Shown here piece after piece: positions 21,198 to 31,305 of a stretch of DNA of 64,000 bases. Position numbers and translations under genes: made by a program. The notes under the pieces were generated by a model that was not told where the DNA came from, ran no database searches, and was given only the letters and a program-made list of their open reading frames with translations. This DNA is from a virus: the IMG/VR virus record IMGVR_UViG_3300005337_000002; one strand, 5' to 3'. Positions within the stretch are counted from its first letter, which is position 1. Every line of letters starts with the position of its first letter.

Positions 21198-22319
21198 GAA
21201 CATCCCAGTATCCTGAAGATCGCGAGCCCTTAACGCCATGCTTCCTGGAAGGAACGTTACTATGAGTCGCTATTCGATTCCCGCCTGTGATGCGTCCCTC
21301 ACCTGTGTCGTGGGGTACGATCCTCCACTAGAGACCTATTTCGCGCAGGTGGACGACCCCAATGATCCCGACGAGACCACGGCCCTGCGCCTCTGGCTCG
21401 GGGGTGCCCCGCAGGCCATTCCCACGGTGGCGCAGTTGCGCGAGCAGCTCGGCGGCTGGGCCAGTCTCCCGCAGGACGTGTGGGCGCATCTCGTCGCTGA
21501 CAAGAGCGCTGCTACCCCACCGACACCGCTGCAGCGCATGTTGCACGACATGATGCGTCGTGCATGAGACCTGAGCCACCTACGAACAGAGGAGCAGCGT
21601 ATGGCCGGAAAGAAACAACGCGGGGCCGCGCCCCATGTGCAAGAAAACACCACCGTCGCAACGCTGAATGATGTCCAGCATCTGCTGCGCGACTATGCCA
21701 TGACCATTGCCCCCTCAGCAAAATATAACTGTTGGCTGGTCTTTAGCCAGCGCGATCCGACCATGTCAAAGGTCTGGACACGCTTTGAATACCTTCCCTT
21801 GGCGATAGTCGAATGCGCAGACCGTGTTGAGCATCCAGAACAGCATGAGATGCCAGTCACCTTCGACTATCTTCTCGCACACTAATGGTCATGAGGCCTT
21901 TGCCTGAAAAGGAGAAGTGTATGGCCGCCCTGGTGATCAGCATTGCCGCCTTGCGTCGGCAGTATCCCTCGCCGTCGATCTCCCATCCCGCCCGTCCTCC
22001 TGGCACGTATTGTGTCGGCGGGTCCGTGTGCCTGAGCCTCAATCCCCGTGCCCGTCCGTTTCCGAGTGACCTGGAACTCGCCCGCGCCTTACGTCTCGTC
22101 AATCCGACCCTTCCTAAGGTCATGGCGCGTCGTCTGGCGGAGGCGATTATCGATCACAACGATGGCGGAGATTTCGAGGCGGCGTATCGCGCACTCCGGA
22201 GAGCATTACGGCCGCAATGGTCGAAGAGTGCCTAGGAACAGGACGGGCCTCGCAGAGGCGAGCCACCCCTCGCGAGGCCCCTGTCACGCAAGCTGTGGAA
22301 CTGTGGAAAGGAAAGTGGG

Positions 22320-23042
22320 ATGAGTATAGAGACAACCCTTGACGGTGTCAACGGCGCTGCGCACCTCTCCTGGCGTGAGGCCGTGCAGCAGGTGAGTACC
22401 ATCGCCCATGCGAAGCTGCCGCCGGCCCTGCATAGTCGCCTCGAAATGGCGACGGCCCTGGTCCTCGACGGCAAAGTCTGGCCCGAAGAGGAGGGGGTGC
22501 GCATGGCCGTGCAGGCCACCGTGCGCGATCCCGCTGCGCCGCCAACGTACTTCTGGGTCCAGGAGACGTGCCCCTGCCCTGATGCCCTGCACCAGGCGCC
22601 CGAGGGCTTGTGCAAGCACCTCCTGGCCACCAAGCTGTATCGCCGGGCCAGTGCACTGTGTGGCGCCCACGCCACGCCCGCTGTGACGCTCCCCCCCGAC
22701 ATCCCGGCCGAGCATTGCGTCCTCGTGCACGGCGTCGTGTACGTCCGCTATATCGGGCTGCTGGCGCTCGCCCATGAGCGAGGGCTCGTCAGCCTCAAGG
22801 CCACCTTCCTCAGCGTCACGCCCGAGTTGGCGCTGGCGACGGCCGAGGCCACCTTTGCCGATGGGCGCACGTTCACTGAGGCGGGGGATGCGACGCCGCA
22901 GAACGTGACGCCGCAGATTCGTCCGCACTTTCCACGCATGGCCCTGACCAGGGCAAAATCGAGGGTCTTGCGTGATTCCCTCAATATCAGTCAATGTTCG
23001 CTGGAAGAACTCGGCGACGAAATCCATGAGAAGGAGCACTAA
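22320..23042 (+). CDS. SWIM zinc finger plus Rad52/RecT-like annealing domain
   Basis: CPCPD...CKH; C-terminal YVRYIGLLALAH...RMALTRAKSRVLRD. Confidence 0.65.
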   Translation: MSIETTLDGVNGAAHLSWREAVQQVSTIAHAKLPPALHSRLEMATALVLDGKVWPEEEGVRMAVQATVRDPAAPPTYFWVQETCPCPDALHQAPEGLCKHLLATKLYRRASALCGAHATPAVTLPPDIPAEHCVLVHGVVYVRYIGLLALAHERGLVSLKATFLSVTPELALATAEATFADGRTFTEAGDATPQNVTPQIRPHFPRMALTRAKSRVLRDSLNISQCSLEELGDEIHEKEH

Positions 23043-24265
23043 CCGATGATGTTTTGTGATGACTACGGCTGTGTCCTGACCCAACATATCGTCCACGTCT
23101 GTCCCTTTGAGTTGCACCATGACCCCGACTGCCCCCTCCCCGACCGCAATAGCTTTTGCATCGGTTTGCTGCTCCGCGTGGGGAACAAGGCGCACCGCGC
23201 CTCCCTCGACTATCCCACACGCCAGCACCGGGATGCGGCCTTGGAGCGGCTCCTCAGTCTGATTAGCGCAGAGGCCATGGTCCATGAGGACGAGGAGGAC
23301 CTATGATCACCCCCGCGTATCGCGTCCTGAAGATCCAGGGCATCCCGGTCCTGCTCTGTCTGCGCTGCGACCGCTATAGCTATCATCCTGACGACATTCG
23401 GACCCGCTATTGCGGCCACTGTCACTGCTTTCTGGACACCTGGGAAGGGGAGGAGGTGGCGCTGCGGCGGCTGCTTGCCGCAGCCAGCATCTATGTGCGT
23501 GCCTATCAGTTTCAGACGGCGGCGCCGGACGGCATTGCGGGGGCGAGTCGGCTCCTGCGGACACTGGAGCAGGTCCTCACACCCTCGCGGTAATCCCAGC
23601 ACCGCCCTCTCCTCCCATGGATCGTGCACGGTGCTGGGCTGTCGAGAACACTTCAGAGCGCCGGGTTCGCCAAGAGCCCGGCCGAAGTCGTCCTGCCCCC
23701 AGGCTACCACGACTTGTCTCCTTTTGCTAGAGGACCCGCTATGGATCTGACCCCCTATCCCCGACTCACCCAGGCCGCCGCCCTCCTCCTCTTCGACCCG
23801 CTGGGCGCGGGCCCCGAGGCCGAGGGCATCCGCACCCGCCTCTGTGCCCACGCACTGCCCAACAGCATTGTCCTGGCCGCGGTCGAAGGCGAACTCGCGA
23901 CGCTGAGCGAGGACGCGTTTCTGGCGCTGTGCCTGGACGACGAGGCGCGGAAGCCGCTGGTGTCAAGTGAAACAGAGTATCTCCTGGAGCTGTTGTACAA
24001 CTGGCTCTAGAGGACATAGGCGGAACACCGGACAACGCCGCACTCACGTAGGGGCGGCAGAAAGGACAGCATGCGTCGCATTTATCTCGCAGCACGCTAT
24101 AGCCGCTTTCCGTCAAGAGCACATAAGGAGTTACGAGTGATGAAAGGACCATCTATGCCTGACCATGAGCCGGCCACAGATCTGTACACGGAATGCCTCG
24201 CAGGTATCCAGGACGCTGCTGCCGTGTTTCAGCGCCACGAGGAGGATACGCTGCTCACAGACATG

Positions 24266-24702
24266 GTGACCACTCCGCCCCGTAAACGAGGCGGCTTCGT
24301 TAGGAACGCTTGTGTTTACAACCACTACGTTCACCCTAACAGGCTCAGTCCGAGCCCTTGAGCTTCTCTCAGGCGACACTGACGTGGCAGCCTCAAAGCC
24401 TGAGCAAGTTCGTGTGTTTTCTCTCATCGTCGGTTCAACTTTTACGCAGAGCCCTCCGCTCTGCAACCCGGCGAAGCTGAAGTTTCAAAGAGCCGTACCC
24501 GCTGTTGTAGCGCCAGACAGCGATTGAAGCTGGAAAGGCTGAGCGGGTCGTATACAGGAAAGTTTACCATAATATGTCAATTAGGAACAGTGAACAAAGC
24601 CTAAACACAGCGATGAACACACCCTAAACAGCGTTGAGCCTGCGTGGCTCAACCTTTCTTTCCCCTGCCAGCTCAAGCAGGCAGTCCCCAGAAAGGGGTC
24701 TT
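24266..24702 (-). mobile_element. Non-autonomous IS200/IS605-type element carrying a putative omegaRNA
   Basis: Right end GAAGCCGCCTCGTTTACGGGGCGGAGTGGTCAC; left-end hairpin ctgcc...ggcag; no tnpA/tnpB; interrupts an ORF starting at 24155. Confidence 0.7.
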
Positions 24703-25025
24703 ATGGCTCACACCGACGAGTCGAGAAACGCTCGAGCAAGGACCGCACATATGCACGACACAGCATCACACGACCCTGTCTGGATTGCGGGTATCACTAT
24801 CGGCATTGATGCCATGCTCTTTCCCACTGCTGATGACGTCCAGATCCTCACTGATGCCCTGCTTGACCTTCCTGGCGCATATGAGGTCGAAGGCCCCTGG
24901 GCCGCGCATGCGGTCATCATCGTAACGTTTAAGGACACTGATGCCACGGCAGAGATACTGCGAACACGCGTCGCCATCACGGTCCATCGCTGTCGCGCCA
25001 GCGCAAGACAATCGTAAGTAGAAGC

Positions 25026-25062
25026 CGGCGGGTCTCGGACGGCGGAGGCCTGCCGCTCTTTT
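25026..25062 (+). terminator. Possible intrinsic terminator
   Basis: ggcgggtctc...gaggcctgcc stem followed by ctctttt. Confidence 0.4.
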
Positions 25063-25150
25063 GCCCTAGACATTGCCGAGCTTTTATAGTATTATCTTAA
25101 ACTGCGTCATATGATACACCCTAGTCTCTTCTAAGGAGCACAGAACGCGT

Positions 25151-25366
25151 ATGTCGATTCTCGACCGTGACTATACGATGGTAGCCGTGAGTAAGAAGGG
25201 GCGGGACATTGTGCGAGCGATTGCGCATCACCGCCGCAAGGCCATGCATGAAGTGTTGGATGAAATCTTACGCGATGAGCTGGCGCGGGAGAATATGCCC
25301 GCGTCTCCCGGTTTTCCTATCACTATCCCAGACCAGTCTCCTGTCTCGCATGAGACACGGCAATGA
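25151..25366 (+). CDS. Ribbon-helix-helix-like small regulator
   Basis: Beta-strand TMVAVS followed by two helices; follows an AT-rich promoter region. Confidence 0.5.
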   Translation: MSILDRDYTMVAVSKKGRDIVRAIAHHRRKAMHEVLDEILRDELARENMPASPGFPITIPDQSPVSHETRQ

Positions 25367-25767
25367 GTATTCTACAAGATGGTCCGAAGATGCTCTCAGG
25401 ACATGGGACGAAACGTCAACGAGATATTTTACAGAAAACGCAGGGACATTGTACCTATTGTGGCCTCGCGCTGCGGGTGTCTCTTGCAGTGAGCCGAGAC
25501 CAGTTGTGTATCGATCATCTCATTCCTCGGGCGCGTGGCGGCTCGAACCGGCTGTGCAACCTTGTCCCAACATGTCGTCGCTGCAACTGCCAGAAGCGCT
25601 CGCGATTACTCGAAGAGTTTCGCGAGGATCTCTTCAGGAAGCGCCATGCCGTTTTTACCGAGCGACATCTCGCGCATCTTGCTGCACTTGGTGTTGTGCT
25701 CCCTGAAGGATTCCCCGGTTATCCCCCTGTGGTGTTTTGGTTTGAGCAACAGGGGATTACGCTATAA
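25363..25767 (+). CDS. HNH endonuclease
   Basis: CTYCG...IDHLIPRARGGSNRLCNLVPTCRRCN..K. Confidence 0.9.
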   Translation: MSILQDGPKMLSGHGTKRQRDILQKTQGHCTYCGLALRVSLAVSRDQLCIDHLIPRARGGSNRLCNLVPTCRRCNCQKRSRLLEEFREDLFRKRHAVFTERHLAHLAALGVVLPEGFPGYPPVVFWFEQQGITL

Positions 25768-25808
25768 GTACTGATGTGTCCCGCTTGTCAGTTGATTAGG
25801 AGCCAGCG

Positions 25809-26987
25809 GTGAGCAACAAACGATATGCCATTACTGATGAGGGTGCCCTTCACAGGTATCGCACAGAAATCCCTAACTCTGTGGTCCGCGGTGTGAAGGG
25901 ACGTGGACTCTCACTACCAGCACGATGGCTCTATGTCTATCTCAAAAGTGTCGCGGGTGATAGCGGGGAATGCTGGCAAAATACGACCACGATGGCCGAA
26001 GGCGCCCAACTCGGACGCGGCACCGTCACAGGTGCCAAAGCGGAACTCGTGCAGCGGGCACTCATCGCTGTGAGTACAAAGCGTGAGGGGTATCATGCGA
26101 GTGACAAGATCCGCATCCTGGATATCTGGGAAGCAAATATGCGTGAGTTTGCCTCATTCAGTTGTTCACCTCATGAACAATCGACATACGCGGAAATATC
26201 AACAGAATCAAGCCATAGTACGCATGGTTGTTCAGGAGATGAACAACCCATAAATCATCGTTCACCTGATGAACAACCGGCGAATACACAACCCCCAAGA
26301 GAATCAATGCCTATATCGTCGTATTGTTCAGGAGATGAACAACAAGAGGCGGGTTGTTCAGGAGATGAACGCAGTTGTTCATCAGGTGAACGCAGTTGTT
26401 CATCACATGAACGAAAGAAGATCTCTCTTAAGAAGATCTCTCAGAAGAAAGAAGAGAGAGATCCCCCCTTACCCCCCGCTCCCGATGATGCCGCCCCGGT
26501 ACACACACCCCCCCCCGCGCTGCCTTCGCCCTCACGTCCCCCTCGCCCATCGCGTACGAAAGCCAGTCAGACCCCAGCGACGAACTATACCCCCGGTTTT
26601 CAGCGCGCCTGGACCGCCTACCCTGCGGCACGCCGGGAGGGGAAGGTCGCCGTGTTCGCCATCTGGACCCAGCGGGGGCTCGAACCCCGGGCCGCCGAGA
26701 TTGCCGAGAAGCTCGAACGGCTGACCCTGACGCTGTGGGCCGGGCGAGAGAAGCAGTATATCCCGATGCCCGCGACATGGTTTAACCAGGCCCGCTACGA
26801 AGATGAACTGCCGCCGCTGGGGGATGTGCAGGCGCAGGAGGTCCGCAGCCGTCTCAGTGACCGCGAGTATCGGAGTTTCTTAGCTACCCAACGTTTTATG
26901 GAGCGCCATAATGGACCAGCGACCGACGATCCAGTTTCAGCGCGCGATGCTGACGTTATCGATCACGTTCAATATCGAGTTGACTGA
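25809..26987 (+). CDS. Replication initiator (O-like), copy 2
   Basis: IPNSVVRG..GRGLSLPARWLYVYLK; iterons; C-terminal F..AW..YP...K...YIPMPATWFNQARYED. Confidence 0.85.
   Translation: MSNKRYAITDEGALHRYRTEIPNSVVRGVKGRGLSLPARWLYVYLKSVAGDSGECWQNTTTMAEGAQLGRGTVTGAKAELVQRALIAVSTKREGYHASDKIRILDIWEANMREFASFSCSPHEQSTYAEISTESSHSTHGCSGDEQPINHRSPDEQPANTQPPRESMPISSYCSGDEQQEAGCSGDERSCSSGERSCSSHERKKISLKKISQKKEERDPPLPPAPDDAAPVHTPPPALPSPSRPPRPSRTKASQTPATNYTPGFQRAWTAYPAARREGKVAVFAIWTQRGLEPRAAEIAEKLERLTLTLWAGREKQYIPMPATWFNQARYEDELPPLGDVQAQEVRSRLSDREYRSFLATQRFMERHNGPATDDPVSARDADVIDHVQYRVD
26161..26460. repeat. Iteron array plus A-rich tract (putative ori 2)
   Basis: Seven palindromic GTTCA-N5-TGAAC units, then aagaagatctctc twice. 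Confidence 0.8.
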
Positions 26988-27393
26988 TCTGCGCCTGGAG
27001 ACGTACTGGAACGCACTCAAACGATATTCCATTGACGCGATTGAATGGGCCTGTCAACAGGCGATCAATGAAGAACCGCACTTTCCTGTCCCGCTCACGT
27101 TGCGGGCCTATGCCAAGGCCTATTTGGGCGACCAACGCCAACGGGTCAAGGCGCAGGATGCACGGCAGGTCGCACAATGGAGTGCCACGCCGGATGAGGA
27201 AGGGGTTGCGGCCATTCGGAACATTCGGCGCATGCTCGGTGATGCGATGCAGATGCCCCAGCCCCATCCCGCCTATGCGAAGCCCTCGACCGTTGACCCC
27301 GCTGTGCGCCGGGCGGAACTCTTGCGCCAAGCGCAGCAGGTCATGCGCGAAACATCCACGACCCAGGAGGATCCTGATGATGCAACACTCTAG
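26911..27393 (+). CDS. Putative helicase loader/inhibitor-like protein downstream of the initiator
   Basis: Position; YWNALK.YSIDAI..A......E.HFP.P pattern. Confidence 0.5.
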   Translation: MDQRPTIQFQRAMLTLSITFNIELTDLRLETYWNALKRYSIDAIEWACQQAINEEPHFPVPLTLRAYAKAYLGDQRQRVKAQDARQVAQWSATPDEEGVAAIRNIRRMLGDAMQMPQPHPAYAKPSTVDPAVRRAELLRQAQQVMRETSTTQEDPDDATL

Positions 27394-28482
27394 TCCGTCT
27401 ATCGCTGAGGCGATTGCCCAGCGGCAAGCTACAGCTGAGCCGGACCTCACGACCGCCTCCTATGGACGCTGCATGGGCATTCTGACGCAGCGGTCGCTCG
27501 ACCGCTGGCCGGATGCACAGGGCGCGTGGCAGGAGAAACTCACCGCCCCCGAGCGCGTGACGCAGTGCCTCGCGTGGGCTGCAGCGGTGCAGACGACCCG
27601 CCCCGACCTTGCACGTGATCTTCAGGCTGCAGCGCAACTCTTGCAGCCCGTCCCAGCGGGGATGATCATCCCGCCGTATCGGCCACGTACCACGGAAAGG
27701 ACACCGTATGCCCGCTGATCCGCTGACTGCTTCGGCGTTCCAGATCCTCACCCACACGCGCACGAAGGTCGTGCGCGTGGGCTTTGACGACACGCGTCCC
27801 GACGTGCCCCAGGCCACGCTAGAGGTGTTTACGCCGCAGGGGGTGCCCGTGGGTATCACCTTGCCGCTGGAGGTGTGGGATATGCTGGCGACCCTGCTCG
27901 ATGCCTCCGAGTATGCATCCTTGGCGGGGCCGCTGATTCTGCTGAATACGCGCGTCCGGGTCGTGCGCGTCCGTGCTGATGCCCTCGCACGGGGCCTGAC
28001 GGTCGAGGAGTTGCGGCCCGATGCCCCGGCCCAGGTGCTCACCCTCACACTGGAGACCTGGGATCTGCTCGCCACCGCGATTGCGGCGCATCGGGTCGCG
28101 GCCTCGCCCGTCCACGCGCACCGTCTCCAGCGTGCTGCACTTGACGCGCTGTGGGACGATCTGCGGGACGATCTCGCTCTGGCGCGGACACCCCACTGGC
28201 CTCGATCACTCCAGGGGGAGCCCCATGGCCACAGCGCGGTCTAAGTCTCCGAGTCCGCCTCCCCCATCGCCGCCCTGCCCTGACGACACAGCCCGGTGGC
28301 AACCGGCCTTTACCCCGTGCCCGCAGCCCGGCTGTCACGCCCTGCTCCTGGCGCGCGTCTGGAAGGACAGCCCGCGGCCCGGACACTGGGCGGAGCAGAC
28401 GCCCCCGGTCAATGCCGTGACGGGGGATCCGCATCAGTGTGTGCCATATACCTAATACTCGACATGTGGAGACGACACATAT

Positions 28483-29193
28483 ATGCTTGAAGGTACTAAC
28501 TGTATTATATTCGACGTTGAAACAAAACGGTCTGCGCAGGACTGTCTACACTGCGGAGAGGAGCAAGACGTCTGCGTACAGCGCTGGCTTGCACCGGAAT
28601 CGCTGCACCGGTTTGAGCCGATTGGCTGGGACCGCAAGGGAGTTCTAGGACTTAGTATCGGCTGCTTTTGGGATTATCAGGATCAGCGGCTCCATTTCTT
28701 CGATGTCTTTACACTCACCGAAACGCTGCAGTCCTGGGTGGATCGTCAGGCGCTCCTGGTGAGTTTCAATGGCGCGTCGTTTGATGCGCCCCTCCTGCTC
28801 GCGCAGCTCCAGGACGGCCAGGACTCCCTGCAGGCGCTCTCTGCGGCGTTTTATGGTCTCATGCTGCGTGGCTACGATATTCTCGCGGCTGTCTGGCAGG
28901 CTGATGCCGCCCGCAAGTTTGCGCGTGGGCTCAATTCCCTCGGCGCTCTCAGCGTGGCGAATGGCCTCGGCGCGAAAGAGATGGATGGCGCGCTGGCGCC
29001 GCGCCTGTGGGCGCAAGGCCGACACGCAGAAGTGACAAATTATGTCGCGAGTGATGTGCTCAAAACCAAAGGGCTGTTTGAGTTGATCGTCACCCAGGGT
29101 CGTATTCTGCGGGGCGATGGACTGCCGATCACGTTGCCCCGTCCGATCCTGCCGTCCTTCACACAGGAGAACGCTGATGGCCGTCTATGTTGA
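28483..29193 (+). CDS. DEDD/RNase H-like 3'-5' exonuclease
   Basis: FDVET, SFNG..FD, Y...DV motifs. Confidence 0.8.
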   Translation: MLEGTNCIIFDVETKRSAQDCLHCGEEQDVCVQRWLAPESLHRFEPIGWDRKGVLGLSIGCFWDYQDQRLHFFDVFTLTETLQSWVDRQALLVSFNGASFDAPLLLAQLQDGQDSLQALSAAFYGLMLRGYDILAAVWQADAARKFARGLNSLGALSVANGLGAKEMDGALAPRLWAQGRHAEVTNYVASDVLKTKGLFELIVTQGRILRGDGLPITLPRPILPSFTQENADGRLC

Positions 29194-29467
29194 CGATATG
29201 AACGCCCCCGTTGGCCGCATGAAGATGGTGCATCTGCTGGCCGATACGACCGAGGAGTTGCTCGCGCTGGCCGACGCGATTGGTGTCGATCGGCGGTGGA
29301 TCCAGCATGCGGGTACACCCCGCGAACATTTTGATATTGCGCTGAGCAAGAAACGGCTCGCCATAGCGCAGGGGGCACGAGAAATCACCTGGCGCGACGC
29401 TGGGAAACTCGTGTATGCACGACGCACCCGCCTGTCAATACCTGTGCAAGGAAAGGACACGCCATGA
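29177..29467 (+). CDS. DUF4031 family protein
   Basis: MAVYVDD...HLLADT.EEL...A..IG..RRW.Q......HFDI. Confidence 0.85.
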   Translation: MAVYVDDMNAPVGRMKMVHLLADTTEELLALADAIGVDRRWIQHAGTPREHFDIALSKKRLAIAQGAREITWRDAGKLVYARRTRLSIPVQGKDTP

Positions 29468-29797
29468 CCCCCCAGCACTACCAGCGGCGCAAAGCGACCG
29501 GCCGCTGCATCCGCTGCCGGCAGGCGGCGGCGCTCCCCCATGTCCTCTGTGCCGACCATCTCGCGCGCGCCAAGGCCTATGATACCGCCCGGCGTGAGGC
29601 GGCGCGCACCCCGGAGCAGCGCAGCATGCGCCAGAATCGGGCCCGCCTGGCGCCGACGCCCGTGGCCTCGGGCCTGCCGCTCCCGCTGCCGACCGCGCCC
29701 CGCCCCCTGCTGTACCACTGCAAGACCTGGCACCCGATCACGGTGCCCTTCATCTGTCCCGTGTGTGCCATCACCCTGCTCCAGGAGGAGAAACCCG

Positions 29798-30220
29798 ATG
29801 CCCCTGCGCTATGCGAGTGACGCGGCGATGCGGCAGGCCCTCAGGACGCCCCCTCAGCGGGGCGTGACGCCCCGATCCCCGGCGCCCCTTGCTCCCGCAT
29901 CCCCCGCCGAGCATGACGCACTCACGGCCTTCCTACGCACGTTAGAGGGCATCGCGAGAGAATATGGCTGGGCGGGGCAGTGGAGTTGGAATCCGCAGGG
30001 GGAGGATGCCGGGCTGCATGTGCTGCTGGTGCGGGGCACCGCGATTCTCTATGTCGAGGTGCCGCTGCCGGGGCAGGGGCTCACCGTGAGCCAGGAACGA
30101 GCGGCGGTGCGGTGGGATGCGACGGGGAAGGTCGAAGTGTATACCTGGACGCCGAAGGATCTGATCCAGATTCGCGCGCGGCTCAGTCAGGCCGCCTCGC
30201 AAAGGAGGGAGCATGCATGA
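29798..30220 (+). CDS. VRR-NUC-like protein with degenerate active site
   Basis: LLVRG..ILYVEV....GLT.SQ...EVYTW.PKD; lacks the PD and ExK residues. Confidence 0.5.
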   Translation: MPLRYASDAAMRQALRTPPQRGVTPRSPAPLAPASPAEHDALTAFLRTLEGIAREYGWAGQWSWNPQGEDAGLHVLLVRGTAILYVEVPLPGQGLTVSQERAAVRWDATGKVEVYTWTPKDLIQIRARLSQAASQRREHA

Positions 30221-30468
30221 GTGTCGCTGCGGCCATCCGCGGGAGGACCATGTCACCGGGCTGTGCTTGAGTACGCTGGACTGCCTCTGTCGGGGATACG
30301 CGCCCTGCGATGCGGAGGATGCGGAAGGGAGGGAGGAGGGCGATCACCTACAGAAAGGACACAAATACCCAGACCTCTCTGAAGCAGAGGAGTATCTATG
30401 ATCGTAGATAGAGCAAGGCAAGAAAAAAATCTCTGTACATTTCTGCTTTTTTGTGTATAATAGTGCCT

Positions 30469-30666
30469 ATGAAAACATTGACAGCAACACAAGCAGCCCT
30501 CTTGCTCGGGGTCACCGTGAAGACGCTCCAACGCTGGGAACGGGAGGGGCGTCTCATTCCGATTTCACGGACCAAGACGAATCGCCGCGTCTATACTGAG
30601 GCGCAACTGCGTGATTTCCAGGGCTTAACGCTTGTAGGGGATCTAGTGCAACCATGCGACACCTAG
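30469..30666 (+). CDS. MerR-type HTH (IS607 TnpA N-terminus-like), probably leaderless
   Basis: QAALLLGVTVKTLQRWEREGRL.P..RT..NRRVY; TGTATAAT 8 nt before the ATG. Confidence 0.75.
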   Translation: MKTLTATQAALLLGVTVKTLQRWEREGRLIPISRTKTNRRVYTEAQLRDFQGLTLVGDLVQPCDT

Positions 30667-31277
30667 CACAGGGTCATCATATAGATACCTACGTTGATCT
30701 GCGTGCGAAGGCCTTGGGCTATGATGATTACGCACACTATCTCCGTAGTGACCATTGGCAAACATTCTGTGCCACCGTCCGTAAAACGCTCTGCTGGTGT
30801 TGCGGACGCTCGCAGGGTCACCTACATGTCCATCACACCACCTATGCGCGTTTTGGTTCTGAAGAGCCTGGAGACGTTATTACGGTCTGTAAGGGATGCC
30901 ATTTGGCGATCCATGCTCTCTCGCGCACCGGCATCGCCCTTGATGAGGCCCACATTGTCTATCGGCGCCGACGTATCCAGCGCGGGGCACGTCACAAACG
31001 GCCTCGCTGGGTCAGTTGGTTTCAACTCCTCAACAAATCAAAACAGCAGACGATTGGCGAGTTACGTCTCTTTTTAGAAGAGCATGGTTTGCTTGAAGGG
31101 GAGGAAGCCACACCCAAAGCATTTGCGCTCGGTTTTGTCCGCTTAGAGGATGGGGAGCAGCGATGGAACCTGAAGAAGTACCTCGGGTTTGTTTCTGCGT
31201 GGAAATCCATTGAGAAGCGACGGGAACAAGGCCGTGGCATTTCCCGCACAGTGGCACGCCTCGCGTCTGGGCGTTAA
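30654..31277 (+). CDS. HNH endonuclease
   Basis: YLRSDHW...CWCCG...LHVHHTTY.RFG.E...D..TVC..CH..IH. Confidence 0.8.
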   Translation: MRHLAQGHHIDTYVDLRAKALGYDDYAHYLRSDHWQTFCATVRKTLCWCCGRSQGHLHVHHTTYARFGSEEPGDVITVCKGCHLAIHALSRTGIALDEAHIVYRRRRIQRGARHKRPRWVSWFQLLNKSKQQTIGELRLFLEEHGLLEGEEATPKAFALGFVRLEDGEQRWNLKKYLGFVSAWKSIEKRREQGRGISRTVARLASGR

Positions 31278-31305
31278 GAACATCTCTCACAGAAAGGACA
31301 TGCGC

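Noticed and set aside
26161-26415. Regularly repeated palindromes as a CRISPR array
   Set aside because: Inside a coding initiator gene, irregular short spacing, no cas genes; these are iterons
26508-26516. C9 tract in initiator 2 (also a G9 tract near 16594) as a phase-variation site
   Set aside because: Compatible with Pro codons and high GC; no evidence of slippage without reads
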